The position numbers and the translations under genes were made by a program. This document shows, in pieces, positions 26,697 through 34,391 of a DNA stretch of 45,351 nucleotides (position 1 is the first letter of the stretch; each line of letters starts with the position of its first letter). The DNA lies in IMG/VR virus record IMGVR_UViG_3300046457_000122, positions 1 through 45,351 of that record, one strand, 5' to 3'. The notes below the pieces were generated by a model. The model was given only the letters and a program-made list of their open reading frames with translations, did no database searches and was not told where the DNA came from. This stretch comes from a virus.

Positions 26697-26803
26697 GCTG
26701 CCTCATCCTCCTGTGCTTTCTCCCACTCTAACTCTGCCATTCCTCTACGTATGAATTCGTCCCAGTCTTTGTCCATTAGGTCATAGTCGTCTATTGGATT
26801 CAT
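26696..26803 (-). CDS. hypothetical acidic 35-aa protein (below the ORF-track cutoff)
   Basis: GGAGGA RBS. ATGA overlaps with both the yopX stop and the next gene start. Confidence 0.4.
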
Positions 26804-27228
26804 GGGGGATCCTCCAGTGGGGTTTCATAGATGTTTCCCACAACTAAATATTCATCTATCATACTTTCTTCAAATGCTTCTCCGCTCCACCTGCCATCCA
26901 TATCTCTCAACTCATAGGAGGCTGTTTCCGGGTCCCATTTCACATATCCATGCCACGGTCCGTGCGAGCATCCATATTCAGAATCACACCCGCAATCCAT
27001 TTGGATTACATCTCCCTCATATATCTCTTTACCGTTACGGTCTTTTAGTCCGGTATATTGCATCAACTCATAGGCCTTGTCTTTATCGAGATTGTAATAC
27101 CATGCCTCGTTGTAATAATATGCTTCATTGTTATCATCGAAAATTATTGAGTCGCGCATATCCTCACCGCACACATGCATCCTTTTTAAATCCTTATCCC
27201 ACTTTCTAAATTTTATTGGTCTACTCAT
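26800..27228 (-). CDS. YopX-family protein
   Basis: IKFRKWDK...LMQYTGLKDRNGKEIYEGDVI...VVGNIYE pattern of the YopX family. Confidence 0.8.
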   Translation of the reverse strand: MSRPIKFRKWDKDLKRMHVCGEDMRDSIIFDDNNEAYYYNEAWYYNLDKDKAYELMQYTGLKDRNGKEIYEGDVIQMDCGCDSEYGCSHGPWHGYVKWDPETASYELRDMDGRWSGEAFEESMIDEYLVVGNIYETPLEDPP

Positions 27229-27490
27229 TTGTATCCTCTCCTTTCAAAGCTGCACGGGCACGGCGACCGTTATCTAATTCCACCTCTGTCACCCTGAATG
27301 GTCCTACCCTCCAGTTCTCGCGGTCTGCATAAAACCCCAGTTCCTTATCCTTAATCTCTATCTGTTGTAGGAGGTACTCTATGTCCTGAAAAGTGGAATT
27401 CTCCCACTCAACATTTGGAATCTCGTATTTGGAGAACATTGTTTTCACTTGCTCGTTTTTATTTCGTATCGCTTGTATCTTCTTATCCAT
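27221..27490 (-). CDS. hypothetical protein (89 aa)
   Basis: ORF in the coupled early operon. Confidence 0.6.
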   Translation of the reverse strand: MDKKIQAIRNKNEQVKTMFSKYEIPNVEWENSTFQDIEYLLQQIEIKDKELGFYADRENWRVGPFRVTEVELDNGRRARAALKGEDTNE

Positions 27491-27493
27491 GGT

Positions 27494-27805
27494 TTAGACC
27501 TCCGATTCCCCTTCTCTTTTCAATGCTAAGTCAGTTCCATGTGTGCGATTGACAGTCTTTATATAGACTTCAAATTCATCAAACGCTGCTTCTAAATCTT
27601 CTTTAGTCCCGATATAATCAAATGTAACTTTGGTTCCCTTAGTATTCGGTTTGTTCCATTTTTTCGGTTTCATTTTGTCGTTAATCATGCTCAACCAAAT
27701 ATGAGCTTTGCCGATGTCATATATTCTTTGTTCGACCTTACTAGTTAATCTGCGATAATTCATCTGACCGCCAACAACTTTTACATTCGATTCAGTTAAT
27801 GCCAT
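27494..27805 (-). CDS. hypothetical protein (103 aa)
   Basis: ORF with AAGGAGAGGAATAAGGG upstream. Confidence 0.6.
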   Translation of the reverse strand: MALTESNVKVVGGQMNYRRLTSKVEQRIYDIGKAHIWLSMINDKMKPKKWNKPNTKGTKVTFDYIGTKEDLEAAFDEFEVYIKTVNRTHGTDLALKREGESEV

Positions 27806-27841
27806 ATCCCTTATTCCTCTCCTTGCCCTTTAGGGGCTGTA

Positions 27842-28000
27842 TTATTGAATCCAGACTGTTTCACCAAACATATTTTTGTGTGATGTTACTTTCGGTTCGG
27901 ACGTGTACTCAGGCTCATTGCGGTTACCAAGCGTTAAAACCGAAATCTCTGCTTCGGGGTTCATCGTCTGTAGCTTCTCGAGCAACTCTTTTACTTTCAT
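27842..28000 (-). CDS. hypothetical protein (52 aa)
   Basis: ATG 28000 in an ATGA overlap with the upstream stop. The longer ORF-track start is unlikely. Confidence 0.45.
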   Translation of the reverse strand: MKVKELLEKLQTMNPEAEISVLTLGNRNEPEYTSEPKVTSHKNMFGETVWIQ

Positions 28001-28401
28001 TCCTCTATCCCCTCTCCTTGGGTTAATAGAGCCAACAATGCCGCTAAGCATATAGCCTCTTGGACCGTTTCCATGCCCATCACACCGCATTCTTTGAATT
28101 TAACAATCCATCCGTCTTCAATGTCCTCTTCACCTTGCATGTAGGTACAAATATGAAACTCAGATTTCATAAGTTCTACGATAGTCCAGGAGTCCTCAAG
28201 ACGGGTCGAATACCATGGAATGTAATTGTATCTGCCACCTCCTAAATCCAATACAGGCCGATCATACTGAGGTTTAAATGCCCCTCCAGTAACTTCGTTC
28301 AACATCCGTACTGTATAACCAGGCAGGCTATCAGCTACCCAAGCATCTCGTTCACGCGGGCTCATACTATTCCATTTAGCTATTACTTCATCACGATTCA
28401 T
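27997..28401 (-). CDS. phage ABA-sandwich-domain-like protein
   Basis: Start ATG 28401. WNSMSPRERDAWVAD...IPWYSTRLEDSWTIVELM resembles the Phage_ABA_S pattern (recalled). Confidence 0.4.
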   Translation of the reverse strand: MNRDEVIAKWNSMSPRERDAWVADSLPGYTVRMLNEVTGGAFKPQYDRPVLDLGGGRYNYIPWYSTRLEDSWTIVELMKSEFHICTYMQGEEDIEDGWIVKFKECGVMGMETVQEAICLAALLALLTQGEGIEE

Positions 28402-28645
28402 CTTCGTCGTCTCCCATTTCTGTGTCGTATTCCGCTTGACTAATTGGAATGATGTGTTCTGAATCAATATTCATCTGACGTGCCAATCGATAGACTAAAC
28501 TCCGGTGCTTTGCTTTGTAATCGTCTGGTTCTCGCTCGACCTCACAAAACTTAAACTCAGCAAAGGTATCGACCGATTCACCTGTTTCCATGTCGTGAGC
28601 CATACCCGCTTTAGCAGAAACTCGATAGCAAAATCTAATATCCAT
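28391..28645 (-). CDS. hypothetical acidic protein (84 aa)
   Basis: ORF with an acidic C-terminus EMGDDEDES. Confidence 0.55.
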   Translation of the reverse strand: MDIRFCYRVSAKAGMAHDMETGESVDTFAEFKFCEVEREPDDYKAKHRSLVYRLARQMNIDSEHIIPISQAEYDTEMGDDEDES

Positions 28646-28671
28646 TTATCTTCTTCCCTTCTTATTGGAGT

Positions 28672-29613
28672 CTAAGCAGACTCTATTTTTATTTGCGGTC
28701 TACGATCTGGACCAATCATTTCAATCAACTCAGCTTGTCCGGTTATCCGACTGGCTATCTTTGGCCCGTTAAGAGGCAACCTATGCCGGATACGACCTGT
28801 TGCGTAGTTGCTGGTCATAATGGTTACCTTGCTATGTTTCTGGCGTTCGTCCAATATGCTAAATAGCTTTCCCTCTGCCCAGTCTTTGTAAGGCGCAGTG
28901 AATATGTCATCTATCATCAGGATCGGCACACGGTAATACCGTTGGAGTACCTCTTCCTCTGATTCATCACTAGAACGGTTGTAAGTTGATTTGATATCAC
29001 TGAACAACTTTTCTTCAGTTACATACAGACCCGGTATCTTGCGATAGGCCAGCGCATTAGCTATACATTGCATCATGTAGGTTTTCCCGGTTCCGAAAGC
29101 AGACACTTCATAGCCAGCTTTCTTCTGAACCTCTGATGCCCGTTCATCGTCACCAAAAATGTATAGCCATGTGCCCGTTTGCATGTGGGCTTCTATATTC
29201 CTGACAAACTCGATAGCTTTAGAAAACTGTGTCCGGTTATAATCATCCATTGTCGCGGTCATAAAGAGGTATGTGCGCTCTTTAGGTGAAAATCCATCCG
29301 TTGGGTTATAGTTGTTAAATTGACGCTCATAGAAGCAACTGCAAAGCTCTACGGTGGCAATCTCTCTGGGTATGGGCTTTCCATGCTTATCTGTATAACT
29401 TTCATCCTCCACCCAGCGAAATGTATTAATGGTCCCGGTGTAATCGCACTTAGGGCAGCCATCCTTATTCGAAGTTTCTGAGCATTCTGTCGAACTCTTC
29501 TGGGTTTTCAACTGTGTTGTGTCCAAATTTTCCGATGAAGAGTTCTTCATTTTTGTTCGCATCTTTTCTATTCGCTTCTGCATTTCTTGCATCATATCGC
29601 CCACTCTTTCCAC
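28672..29613 (-). CDS. DnaC/IstB-like AAA+ helicase loader
   Basis: Walker A AFGTGKTYMM and Walker B PILMIDDI. CPKC...CSC zinc-like N-terminal motif. The best start is GTG 29613, 8 nt after AAAGGAGG. Confidence 0.75.
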   Translation of the reverse strand: MERVGDMMQEMQKRIEKMRTKMKNSSSENLDTTQLKTQKSSTECSETSNKDGCPKCDYTGTINTFRWVEDESYTDKHGKPIPREIATVELCSCFYERQFNNYNPTDGFSPKERTYLFMTATMDDYNRTQFSKAIEFVRNIEAHMQTGTWLYIFGDDERASEVQKKAGYEVSAFGTGKTYMMQCIANALAYRKIPGLYVTEEKLFSDIKSTYNRSSDESEEEVLQRYYRVPILMIDDIFTAPYKDWAEGKLFSILDERQKHSKVTIMTSNYATGRIRHRLPLNGPKIASRITGQAELIEMIGPDRRPQIKIESA

Positions 29614-30373
29614 CGTTACCACCTCCTTTTTGCTTCCTAAATGTTTCAAATGGTTTATTCTCAGTTAGAAACTGATCTATGTTTTTGGGATTCATAAACT
29701 TGTCCAAAGTGAATTTGTACGTATACCAATAAAGTTCGCTTGTAATAATAGTGTTGTAGTTACCAATAGCCTCTCTCATTTCATCAACGGTCATATTCTC
29801 CAGTCGGGCGTTTATGCTAGATTTCATTTTCTGAGTCAGTTCCCGATGTTTGATAATTTCGAGAGAATTCCAAAAATCATATATATCTTTTATATCTTTG
29901 TTTACATTGTTATCTTTGTTATTACTTTGTTCTTTTGTGGTTAGCAGATGGTTAGCAGATGGTTGGCAGGTGGTTAGCAGGTGGTTAGTCTGCTGGTTAT
30001 CATCACCTTGAATCCCTTGCCCTGTATGGGTTTCCTGCTGGTTATTCTGATGGTTAAATTTTTCGTAATTTATAACTTTATAGATCGAGAAGTATCTATG
30101 TTTTGAAACTAACTCGATCATTTCTTCTTTAATTAGCTTTTTTATAAGAGTTCTAATCCTCTGTTCTCCCACGTTTAACCGACCGCTCCACTTAATCCGA
30201 CCAAACATAAATTCCCCGTAGTTCAGCGTGTATACTTCACCATCCTGAAAATCTGTCTTTGGCTCTCTCGCATACCTGGCGCAACACAGCATTTCAAACC
30301 AAACTTTGAAGTATTCCGGATCTTTATAAATCCAATGATTTCTTATGTCCCGGTCAATACCGATGAAGGCCAT
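29465..30373 (-). CDS. replisome organizer / DnaD-like replication initiator
   Basis: N-terminal WIYKDPEYFKVWFEMLCCA winged-helix-like region. C-terminal IYDFWNS...YWYTYKFTLDKF resembles the conserved phage C-terminus of such proteins. Contains the iteron array. Confidence 0.6.
   Translation of the reverse strand: MAFIGIDRDIRNHWIYKDPEYFKVWFEMLCCARYAREPKTDFQDGEVYTLNYGEFMFGRIKWSGRLNVGEQRIRTLIKKLIKEEMIELVSKHRYFSIYKVINYEKFNHQNNQQETHTGQGIQGDDNQQTNHLLTTCQPSANHLLTTKEQSNNKDNNVNKDIKDIYDFWNSLEIIKHRELTQKMKSSINARLENMTVDEMREAIGNYNTIITSELYWYTYKFTLDKFMNPKNIDQFLTENKPFETFRKQKGGGNGGKSGRYDARNAEANRKDANKNEELFIGKFGHNTVENPEEFDRMLRNFE
29938..30000. repeat. five to six tandem 11-bp iterons (putative origin of replication)
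   Basis: TGGTTAGCAGA TGGTTAGCAGA TGGTTGGCAGG TGGTTAGCAGG TGGTTAGTCTGC TGGTTAT, flanked on the low-coordinate side by an AT-rich stretch (about 29850..29937). Confidence 0.6.
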
Positions 30374-30384
30374 AAAATCACCAC

Positions 30385-30579
30385 CTAAACCGCTTGACTT
30401 TGATCGCTGTTCATTTTGTACCAGTGGTTTCTTACAGACGCCTTTGTTCTCTCAAGTTCAGCAGCAGCTTGGACAAATAGCTCGTCCACTTTCATTCGTT
30501 GCTGCCTGCCAGTAGTCATGATATCGGTAAGAATTCTTTCTTCCTCGTTTGTCCATTCGTGATAGTAATAGCGAACCAT
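30385..30579 (-). CDS. Myb/SANT-like (RsfA-like) DNA-binding protein
   Basis: WTNEEERILTDIM...AAELERTKASVRNHWYKM shows the spaced Trp/aromatic pattern of Myb-like repeats. Confidence 0.45.
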   Translation of the reverse strand: MVRYYYHEWTNEEERILTDIMTTGRQQRMKVDELFVQAAAELERTKASVRNHWYKMNSDQSQAV

Positions 30580-30728
30580 TTCATCATCCCTCTCAATTGT
30601 TCTTATTGATTCTAGTATACTCTATTCTACTCATTATGGGTAGTATATTACCCATTTTGGTCTATACTGTTTACTTATCACATGAACTGCATATGATAGA
30701 ATTAAATAATAAGTGTGTAGGTGATCAC

Positions 30729-30941
30729 GTGATCCGTAATAAATTGTCCATTTTAATGGGTGAACATAAGGTGAAGAACTTTGTTTTGTTAGAGAAAGAA
30801 ACTGGCATCACACGTAAAACTTTGGCAAAGCTTTATAACGATGAAGGTAAGGGCATCGACTATGCTACGCTTGACGCCCTATGTACCTTCTTTGGATGCC
30901 AGCCTGGTGATATACTGGAACATGTACCAGACGAGGACTAA
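30729..30941 (+). CDS. XRE/HTH_26-type transcriptional regulator, counter-oriented in the early operon
   Basis: GTG 30729 after GTAGGTGA. IRNKLSILMGEHKVKNFVLLEKETGITRKTLAKLYNDEGKGIDYATLDALCTFFGCQPGDILEHVP is the classic about 70-aa HTH_26 layout. Confidence 0.75.
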   Translation: MIRNKLSILMGEHKVKNFVLLEKETGITRKTLAKLYNDEGKGIDYATLDALCTFFGCQPGDILEHVPDED

Positions 30942-31105
30942 GCCCCTCTCCGCTCCATCCGATCCATCTTTTGCTTGATGCGGTCTATCTGCCATTCGTA
31001 GTGCATGACATCCGCGTAGTTGCCGTATCTGTCGGCCTCGTCTCGCTTCTCTACAGCATAGGCGAGGTCAATCTTCAGTAGTGTGTAATCGTTGTTTGCT
31101 GCCAT
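30938..31105 (-). CDS. hypothetical 55-aa protein (below the ORF-track cutoff)
   Basis: GGAGGAAAG RBS, ATG 31105. MAANNDYTLLKIDLAYAVEKRDEADRYGNYADVMHYEWQIDRIKQKMDRMERRGA. Its stop overlaps the stop of 30729..30941. Confidence 0.45.
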   Translation of the reverse strand: MAANNDYTLLKIDLAYAVEKRDEADRYGNYADVMHYEWQIDRIKQKMDRMERRGA

Positions 31106-31106
31106 T

Positions 31107-31328
31107 TTAACTTTCCTCCGAGTCTTTTATGAGACGATCAAGGTAATATCTCGCCTTCTTCAAATCTTCCAATCCATTCTTATGCTCATAGCGAGAAATA
31201 TATTTAATTACGTTGCCTGCTAGAAAGCCTCTGTAAGCCACAGGAGACATTTTCGCATGCATGAAGTCAATTGGTTCAATGCCACCGAAAGAGTAGTGAG
31301 GCGGGCGTATAGCGTCACTCATGGGCAA
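31107..31328 (-). CDS. DUF3310-family protein
   Basis: PPHYSFGGIEPIDFM...GNVIKYISRYEHKNGLEDLKKARYYLDRL matches the DUF3310 pattern. Confidence 0.6.
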   Translation of the reverse strand: MPMSDAIRPPHYSFGGIEPIDFMHAKMSPVAYRGFLAGNVIKYISRYEHKNGLEDLKKARYYLDRLIKDSEES

Positions 31329-31446
31329 CTCTCCCTATGCTCAAAGTATTCGGTTCAATCGACGTGATGATCATATACCTATCTATACTGACTACACCCA
31401 CATATAACAGTAATGCGCATAATATAGAGGTATAGGCTCTTATCAT
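31315..31446 (-). CDS. small membrane protein (43 aa)
   Basis: ATG 31446 in an ATGA overlap, after GGGAGA. TM helix SILCALLLYVGVV. Confidence 0.4.
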   Translation of the reverse strand: MIRAYTSILCALLLYVGVVSIDRYMIITSIEPNTLSIGRVAHE

Positions 31447-31646
31447 GGGGTGTTCTCCCATTCGGTAATATCGTCCCCGTCTTGCCCAGTGCCACATTCT
31501 GGACAAATATACTCCAAGCCCGTTTCCCTTGACTCAATGGGGATTATGTCGTGTCCGAAATTATTCTCTGTCTCCTCATTCCACTCGGCAGCAGTGCTAT
31601 ATTTAAAACATTCATGACACTGAAAATAACGTTGTTTATCTGTCAT
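31443..31646 (-). CDS. zinc-ribbon protein
   Basis: CHEC...CPEC pair of CxxC motifs in 67 aa. Confidence 0.6.
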   Translation of the reverse strand: MTDKQRYFQCHECFKYSTAAEWNEETENNFGHDIIPIESRETGLEYICPECGTGQDGDDITEWENTP

Positions 31647-31929
31647 TGTTGTTCCTCCCCATACGTAATCCAGACAGCATGCCTAGTAAGTAAGCCATAG
31701 TCACTCGTTCACTCCCGCTAGCGCACTCTATCTCCTGGTACTCTCCATAACCCATATCAGCGTACAGATTGTAGATAGTCTCTTGCTTCTTCCACAAACC
31801 TTTCTTTACTGTTTCACATTCGATTATTAATTTTCGCTCGATCTGTTCGTTGACCTCGTGTAAATATCCATACAGTTCACTGTTTGGGCATATATTGTTT
31901 TCTAAATATCCATAAGTGAAAACTGGCAT
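31636..31929 (-). CDS. hypothetical protein (97 aa)
   Basis: ORF with AAGGAGGGATATATAG RBS. Confidence 0.6.
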   Translation of the reverse strand: MPVFTYGYLENNICPNSELYGYLHEVNEQIERKLIIECETVKKGLWKKQETIYNLYADMGYGEYQEIECASGSERVTMAYLLGMLSGLRMGRNNNDR

Positions 31930-31946
31930 CTATATATCCCTCCTTT

Positions 31947-32129
31947 CTACTTGAGCTTCACAAGGCGGCCTGTACTGTCTGTAACAATGTCTGGATCACC
32001 GTAGCCCCATTCATTAGCCCGCTGAGCTCTTTCTTTCAACTGCTCCATGTTCATTGGTTCATACCATTCGGACATCAAAACACATTTCTCACCTTCATAA
32101 AATCTATGGACTATTACTGTCTTAGCCAT
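31947..32129 (-). CDS. hypothetical protein (60 aa)
   Basis: ORF abutting the upstream stop. Confidence 0.5.
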   Translation of the reverse strand: MAKTVIVHRFYEGEKCVLMSEWYEPMNMEQLKERAQRANEWGYGDPDIVTDSTGRLVKLK

Positions 32130-32375
32130 TTATAAATCCTCCATGTGGGTAGGAATAAGTTCAAAATCCTCATCTATTTCAAGCTTCTTTTCCTGATTTA
32201 TCCTGCCTATATAAACCTCTCTACCCTTACTGTCTTCCGCGAAGTATTCTCCCGTTGGTTCATAAAGCTCTGCAAGCAACTCATCGCCTACGCCAACTTC
32301 GCATAGTAAGACTGTTTTATCGTGGTTGAATACCTGGAATTCTGCTACGGACTTCACTTTAATTTTGGAATCCAT
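32130..32375 (-). CDS. hypothetical acidic protein (81 aa)
   Basis: ORF with AAGGGAGGATATAA RBS. Confidence 0.6.
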   Translation of the reverse strand: MDSKIKVKSVAEFQVFNHDKTVLLCEVGVGDELLAELYEPTGEYFAEDSKGREVYIGRINQEKKLEIDEDFELIPTHMEDL

Positions 32376-32490
32376 TTATATCCTCCCTTAGTGGGTGCAG
32401 GACCTACACCCTGTATAGAACCCGGTTGCAAAATTCGCATTATTTTAGTGAGATAGTTGCAATAAGCTTTTGTCAATCCCCTGTATAGGC

Positions 32491-32859
32491 TTAATCCCTA
32501 TTGGATAATGTCATATAAGCAGCCTCTGCCCTCTGGCGAGGCGATGCTTGCAGAAACACTGCCACACCCGCATAAGAGAACAGGTCATATTCGCTATGAC
32601 TCAAGGGATCACCATCACTCCATTTGAGGCGTTTCGCAAGATTGATGCCATACAACACAGCGTCTACCTCTATAGCCTTTGCCTGTACCTCCAGAGAGGC
32701 GGCAGGATCGGATGAAGGTTGCCAATCCGTAACCTTGCGTCGGAACTCTTTTGTGTCTCCATCAACCCATATAAGTCTTACACCATCCCACCAATTTACC
32801 CAGCCCAGCAAACCAGCAAGGGCAAAATCTAATTTCTCGTCTATCATATCCACTGGCAT
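32491..32859 (-). CDS. phage ABA-sandwich-domain-like protein (second copy)
   Basis: Start ATG 32859, 9 nt after GGAAGG. LDFALAGLLGW...DWQPSSDPAASLEVQAKAIE pattern. The ORF-track N-terminal extension overlaps a plus-strand promoter. Confidence 0.4.
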   Translation of the reverse strand: MPVDMIDEKLDFALAGLLGWVNWWDGVRLIWVDGDTKEFRRKVTDWQPSSDPAASLEVQAKAIEVDAVLYGINLAKRLKWSDGDPLSHSEYDLFSYAGVAVFLQASPRQRAEAAYMTLSNRD

Positions 32860-32908
32860 ATCTATCATCCTTCCAACGCTCAGAGCGTATTGTATTGGGT
32901 TTAAACTA

Positions 32909-32937
32909 TTGACTAACCATCTCCCTCGCTTTAGAAT
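32909..32937 (+). promoter_or_regulatory. near-consensus sigma-A-type promoter of the plus-strand moron
   Basis: TTGACT-17 nt-TAGAAT, 18 nt upstream of the GAGGTGAG RBS. Confidence 0.6.
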
Positions 32938-32954
32938 TGCTGCGAGGTGAGAAA

Positions 32955-33137
32955 ATGAAAGTCTACGGAATCGAAAATAAAGATGGATTTTTTTATAATT
33001 TTGCAACAAAGGGCTGGACTGTCTGGTCAGTTGAGTGCCAACTGCCGAGCGAGGACTTGGCGGACAACCTCTTATGCCTGTATGATGACAATCCAGATTT
33101 TCAAAATGCAGTAGTTTCGCCAGTTAAGTTTGATTGA
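32955..33137 (+). CDS. hypothetical 60-aa protein (autonomous counter-oriented moron)
   Basis: ATG 32955 after GAGGTGAG. MKVYGIENKDGFFYNFATKGWTVWSVECQLPSEDLADNLLCLYDDNPDFQNAVVSPVKFD. Confidence 0.6.
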   Translation: MKVYGIENKDGFFYNFATKGWTVWSVECQLPSEDLADNLLCLYDDNPDFQNAVVSPVKFD

Positions 33138-33148
33138 ATACTCCACCT

Positions 33149-33181
33149 TATGGCTCTCTGGCAATGTGCTGGAGAGCCATA
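33149..33181. terminator. 10-bp perfect hairpin between convergent genes
   Basis: TATGGCTCTC-N13-GAGAGCCATA. There is no clear T-run on either side, so it may act as a stabiliser or factor-dependent terminator. Confidence 0.45.
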
Positions 33182-33194
33182 CTTGTATTGGTGG

Positions 33195-33530
33195 TTACTC
33201 CCCTAACTCGTTAGTAAGCCAAGTTATTTTGCGGTCCCTCTCTGCAAGCTGCTTCTTGAGATCATCCCGTTGCGCAACAACCCTATCAAAACCAGCAACA
33301 GTCTTGTCCATCCCATCGTCAATGAATTTAAGTCTTTCAGATACATGTGACATTTCACGGTCTTTCTGGATTAACTGATGCTGGAGTGAGTCTACCAGGG
33401 CATACACCCCATAGATTGCATCAACAAGGCCCGGGTGATGTGGACCACCTTTGGTCAACAGCTTCAGTGTTTCGTTTAAAGTTGGTGTATTACTCACCTT
33501 TACCGCCTCCTTGGGAAGCAGACTGTACAA
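33195..33530 (-). CDS. hypothetical coiled-coil protein
   Basis: 111-aa ORF. The start is uncertain because of a 41-nt overlap with the upstream ORF. Confidence 0.5.
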   Translation of the reverse strand: MYSLLPKEAVKVSNTPTLNETLKLLTKGGPHHPGLVDAIYGVYALVDSLQHQLIQKDREMSHVSERLKFIDDGMDKTVAGFDRVVAQRDDLKKQLAERDRKITWLTNELGE

Positions 33531-33795
33531 ATGCTTGATCGTAATGACCTTTCATACCCTCAAGATGCAGATATCCGTAAATCATGCCCATAGCATCTTT
33601 AATTTCGACCTTAACTCTATTGACCCAGTCCTTGTACATCTCGGGTTCAAGCAGCCCGTCACGCACCATGCCGGATACAACCTCAATCTTTGCTAAATGG
33701 TCCCTAATCTCTATAGCAGCCATTTTTGATTGATTACGGGCATACTGAGTGATATTCAATTCGCCGTCGATTGCTTCGATATTCGGCTTACTCAT
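33490..33795 (-). CDS. hypothetical protein (101 aa)
   Basis: ORF in an ATGA overlap with the upstream gene. Confidence 0.6.
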   Translation of the reverse strand: MSKPNIEAIDGELNITQYARNQSKMAAIEIRDHLAKIEVVSGMVRDGLLEPEMYKDWVNRVKVEIKDAMGMIYGYLHLEGMKGHYDQAFVQSASQGGGKGE

Positions 33796-34019
33796 GACTG
33801 CGTTTCCTCCCCTACCAGCTTTTTAATAGCTTCTTCGATTTCAGCCGTATTGGTAGGGTATGAATCAATATACTGCGATGCATCTTCCCATATAGCTTCG
33901 TCTATTATCCGGTCAATTTGTTCCCTGTTCTTACCTTCTATATCTTCATCATCTATTTCAACTGCTCCCTCTCTACATGCGCCTGGATAGCCGATAGACA
34001 ATTTCCATTCAACTTTCAT
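33792..34019 (-). CDS. hypothetical acidic protein (75 aa)
   Basis: ORF with AAGGAGGGAGCAAGG RBS. Confidence 0.6.
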   Translation of the reverse strand: MKVEWKLSIGYPGACREGAVEIDDEDIEGKNREQIDRIIDEAIWEDASQYIDSYPTNTAEIEEAIKKLVGEETQS

Positions 34020-34377
34020 CCTTGCTCCCTCCTTGGTATACTGCTTTCGGTAGCCTAACCCATATAACTGCCCCTTGTGGATGTTTATAAGGTACAGGCT
34101 CCGGGTAAATGATTGGATTTCCCATTACCCATGCATAGGGTGTTTTGTAATCTATATCTGCATATGAAACATGATGCTTATCCTTGTTTATCTCCCAGTT
34201 GTACATAGTCAGTGGAACGCAACTCATAAGCTCCACTGTGCCATATACAAGTCCGCTGCCACTCTTGATAATACCGATGGTGCCGCGCTTATGAGTCTTG
34301 CTGCCACGAATCTCCCACGTTTTGACTCCCGATAGGATCATATCTGCCCATTTAGGCTTAATAACGAGTCCGTCCAA
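34009..34377 (-). CDS. ASCH-domain (PUA-like) protein
   Basis: TTG 34377, 10 nt after AAGGAG. KTWEIRGSKTHKRGTIGII...YAWVMGNPIIYPEP pattern. Confidence 0.55.
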   Translation of the reverse strand: MDGLVIKPKWADMILSGVKTWEIRGSKTHKRGTIGIIKSGSGLVYGTVELMSCVPLTMYNWEINKDKHHVSYADIDYKTPYAWVMGNPIIYPEPVPYKHPQGAVIWVRLPKAVYQGGSKDES

Positions 34378-34391
34378 ATTGGTTCATCTCC

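Noticed and set aside
29938-30000. Tandem repeats as a mini CRISPR array
   Set aside because: The units are 11 bp and directly abutting with no spacers. They lie inside a replication-initiator gene next to an AT-rich tract, which is iteron behaviour.
30549-30728. The long 130-aa form of the plus-strand HTH ORF
   Set aside because: The first 60 codons are hydrophobic filler over a promoter/operator region with no RBS. GTG 30729 gives the standard about 70-aa HTH_26 protein with an upstream GGTGA.
32860-33009. N-terminal extension of minus-strand ORF 32491..33009
   Set aside because: The extension has no RBS and runs over the near-consensus plus-strand promoter and the start of 32955..33137. 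An internal ATG (32859) has a well-spaced GGAAGG.
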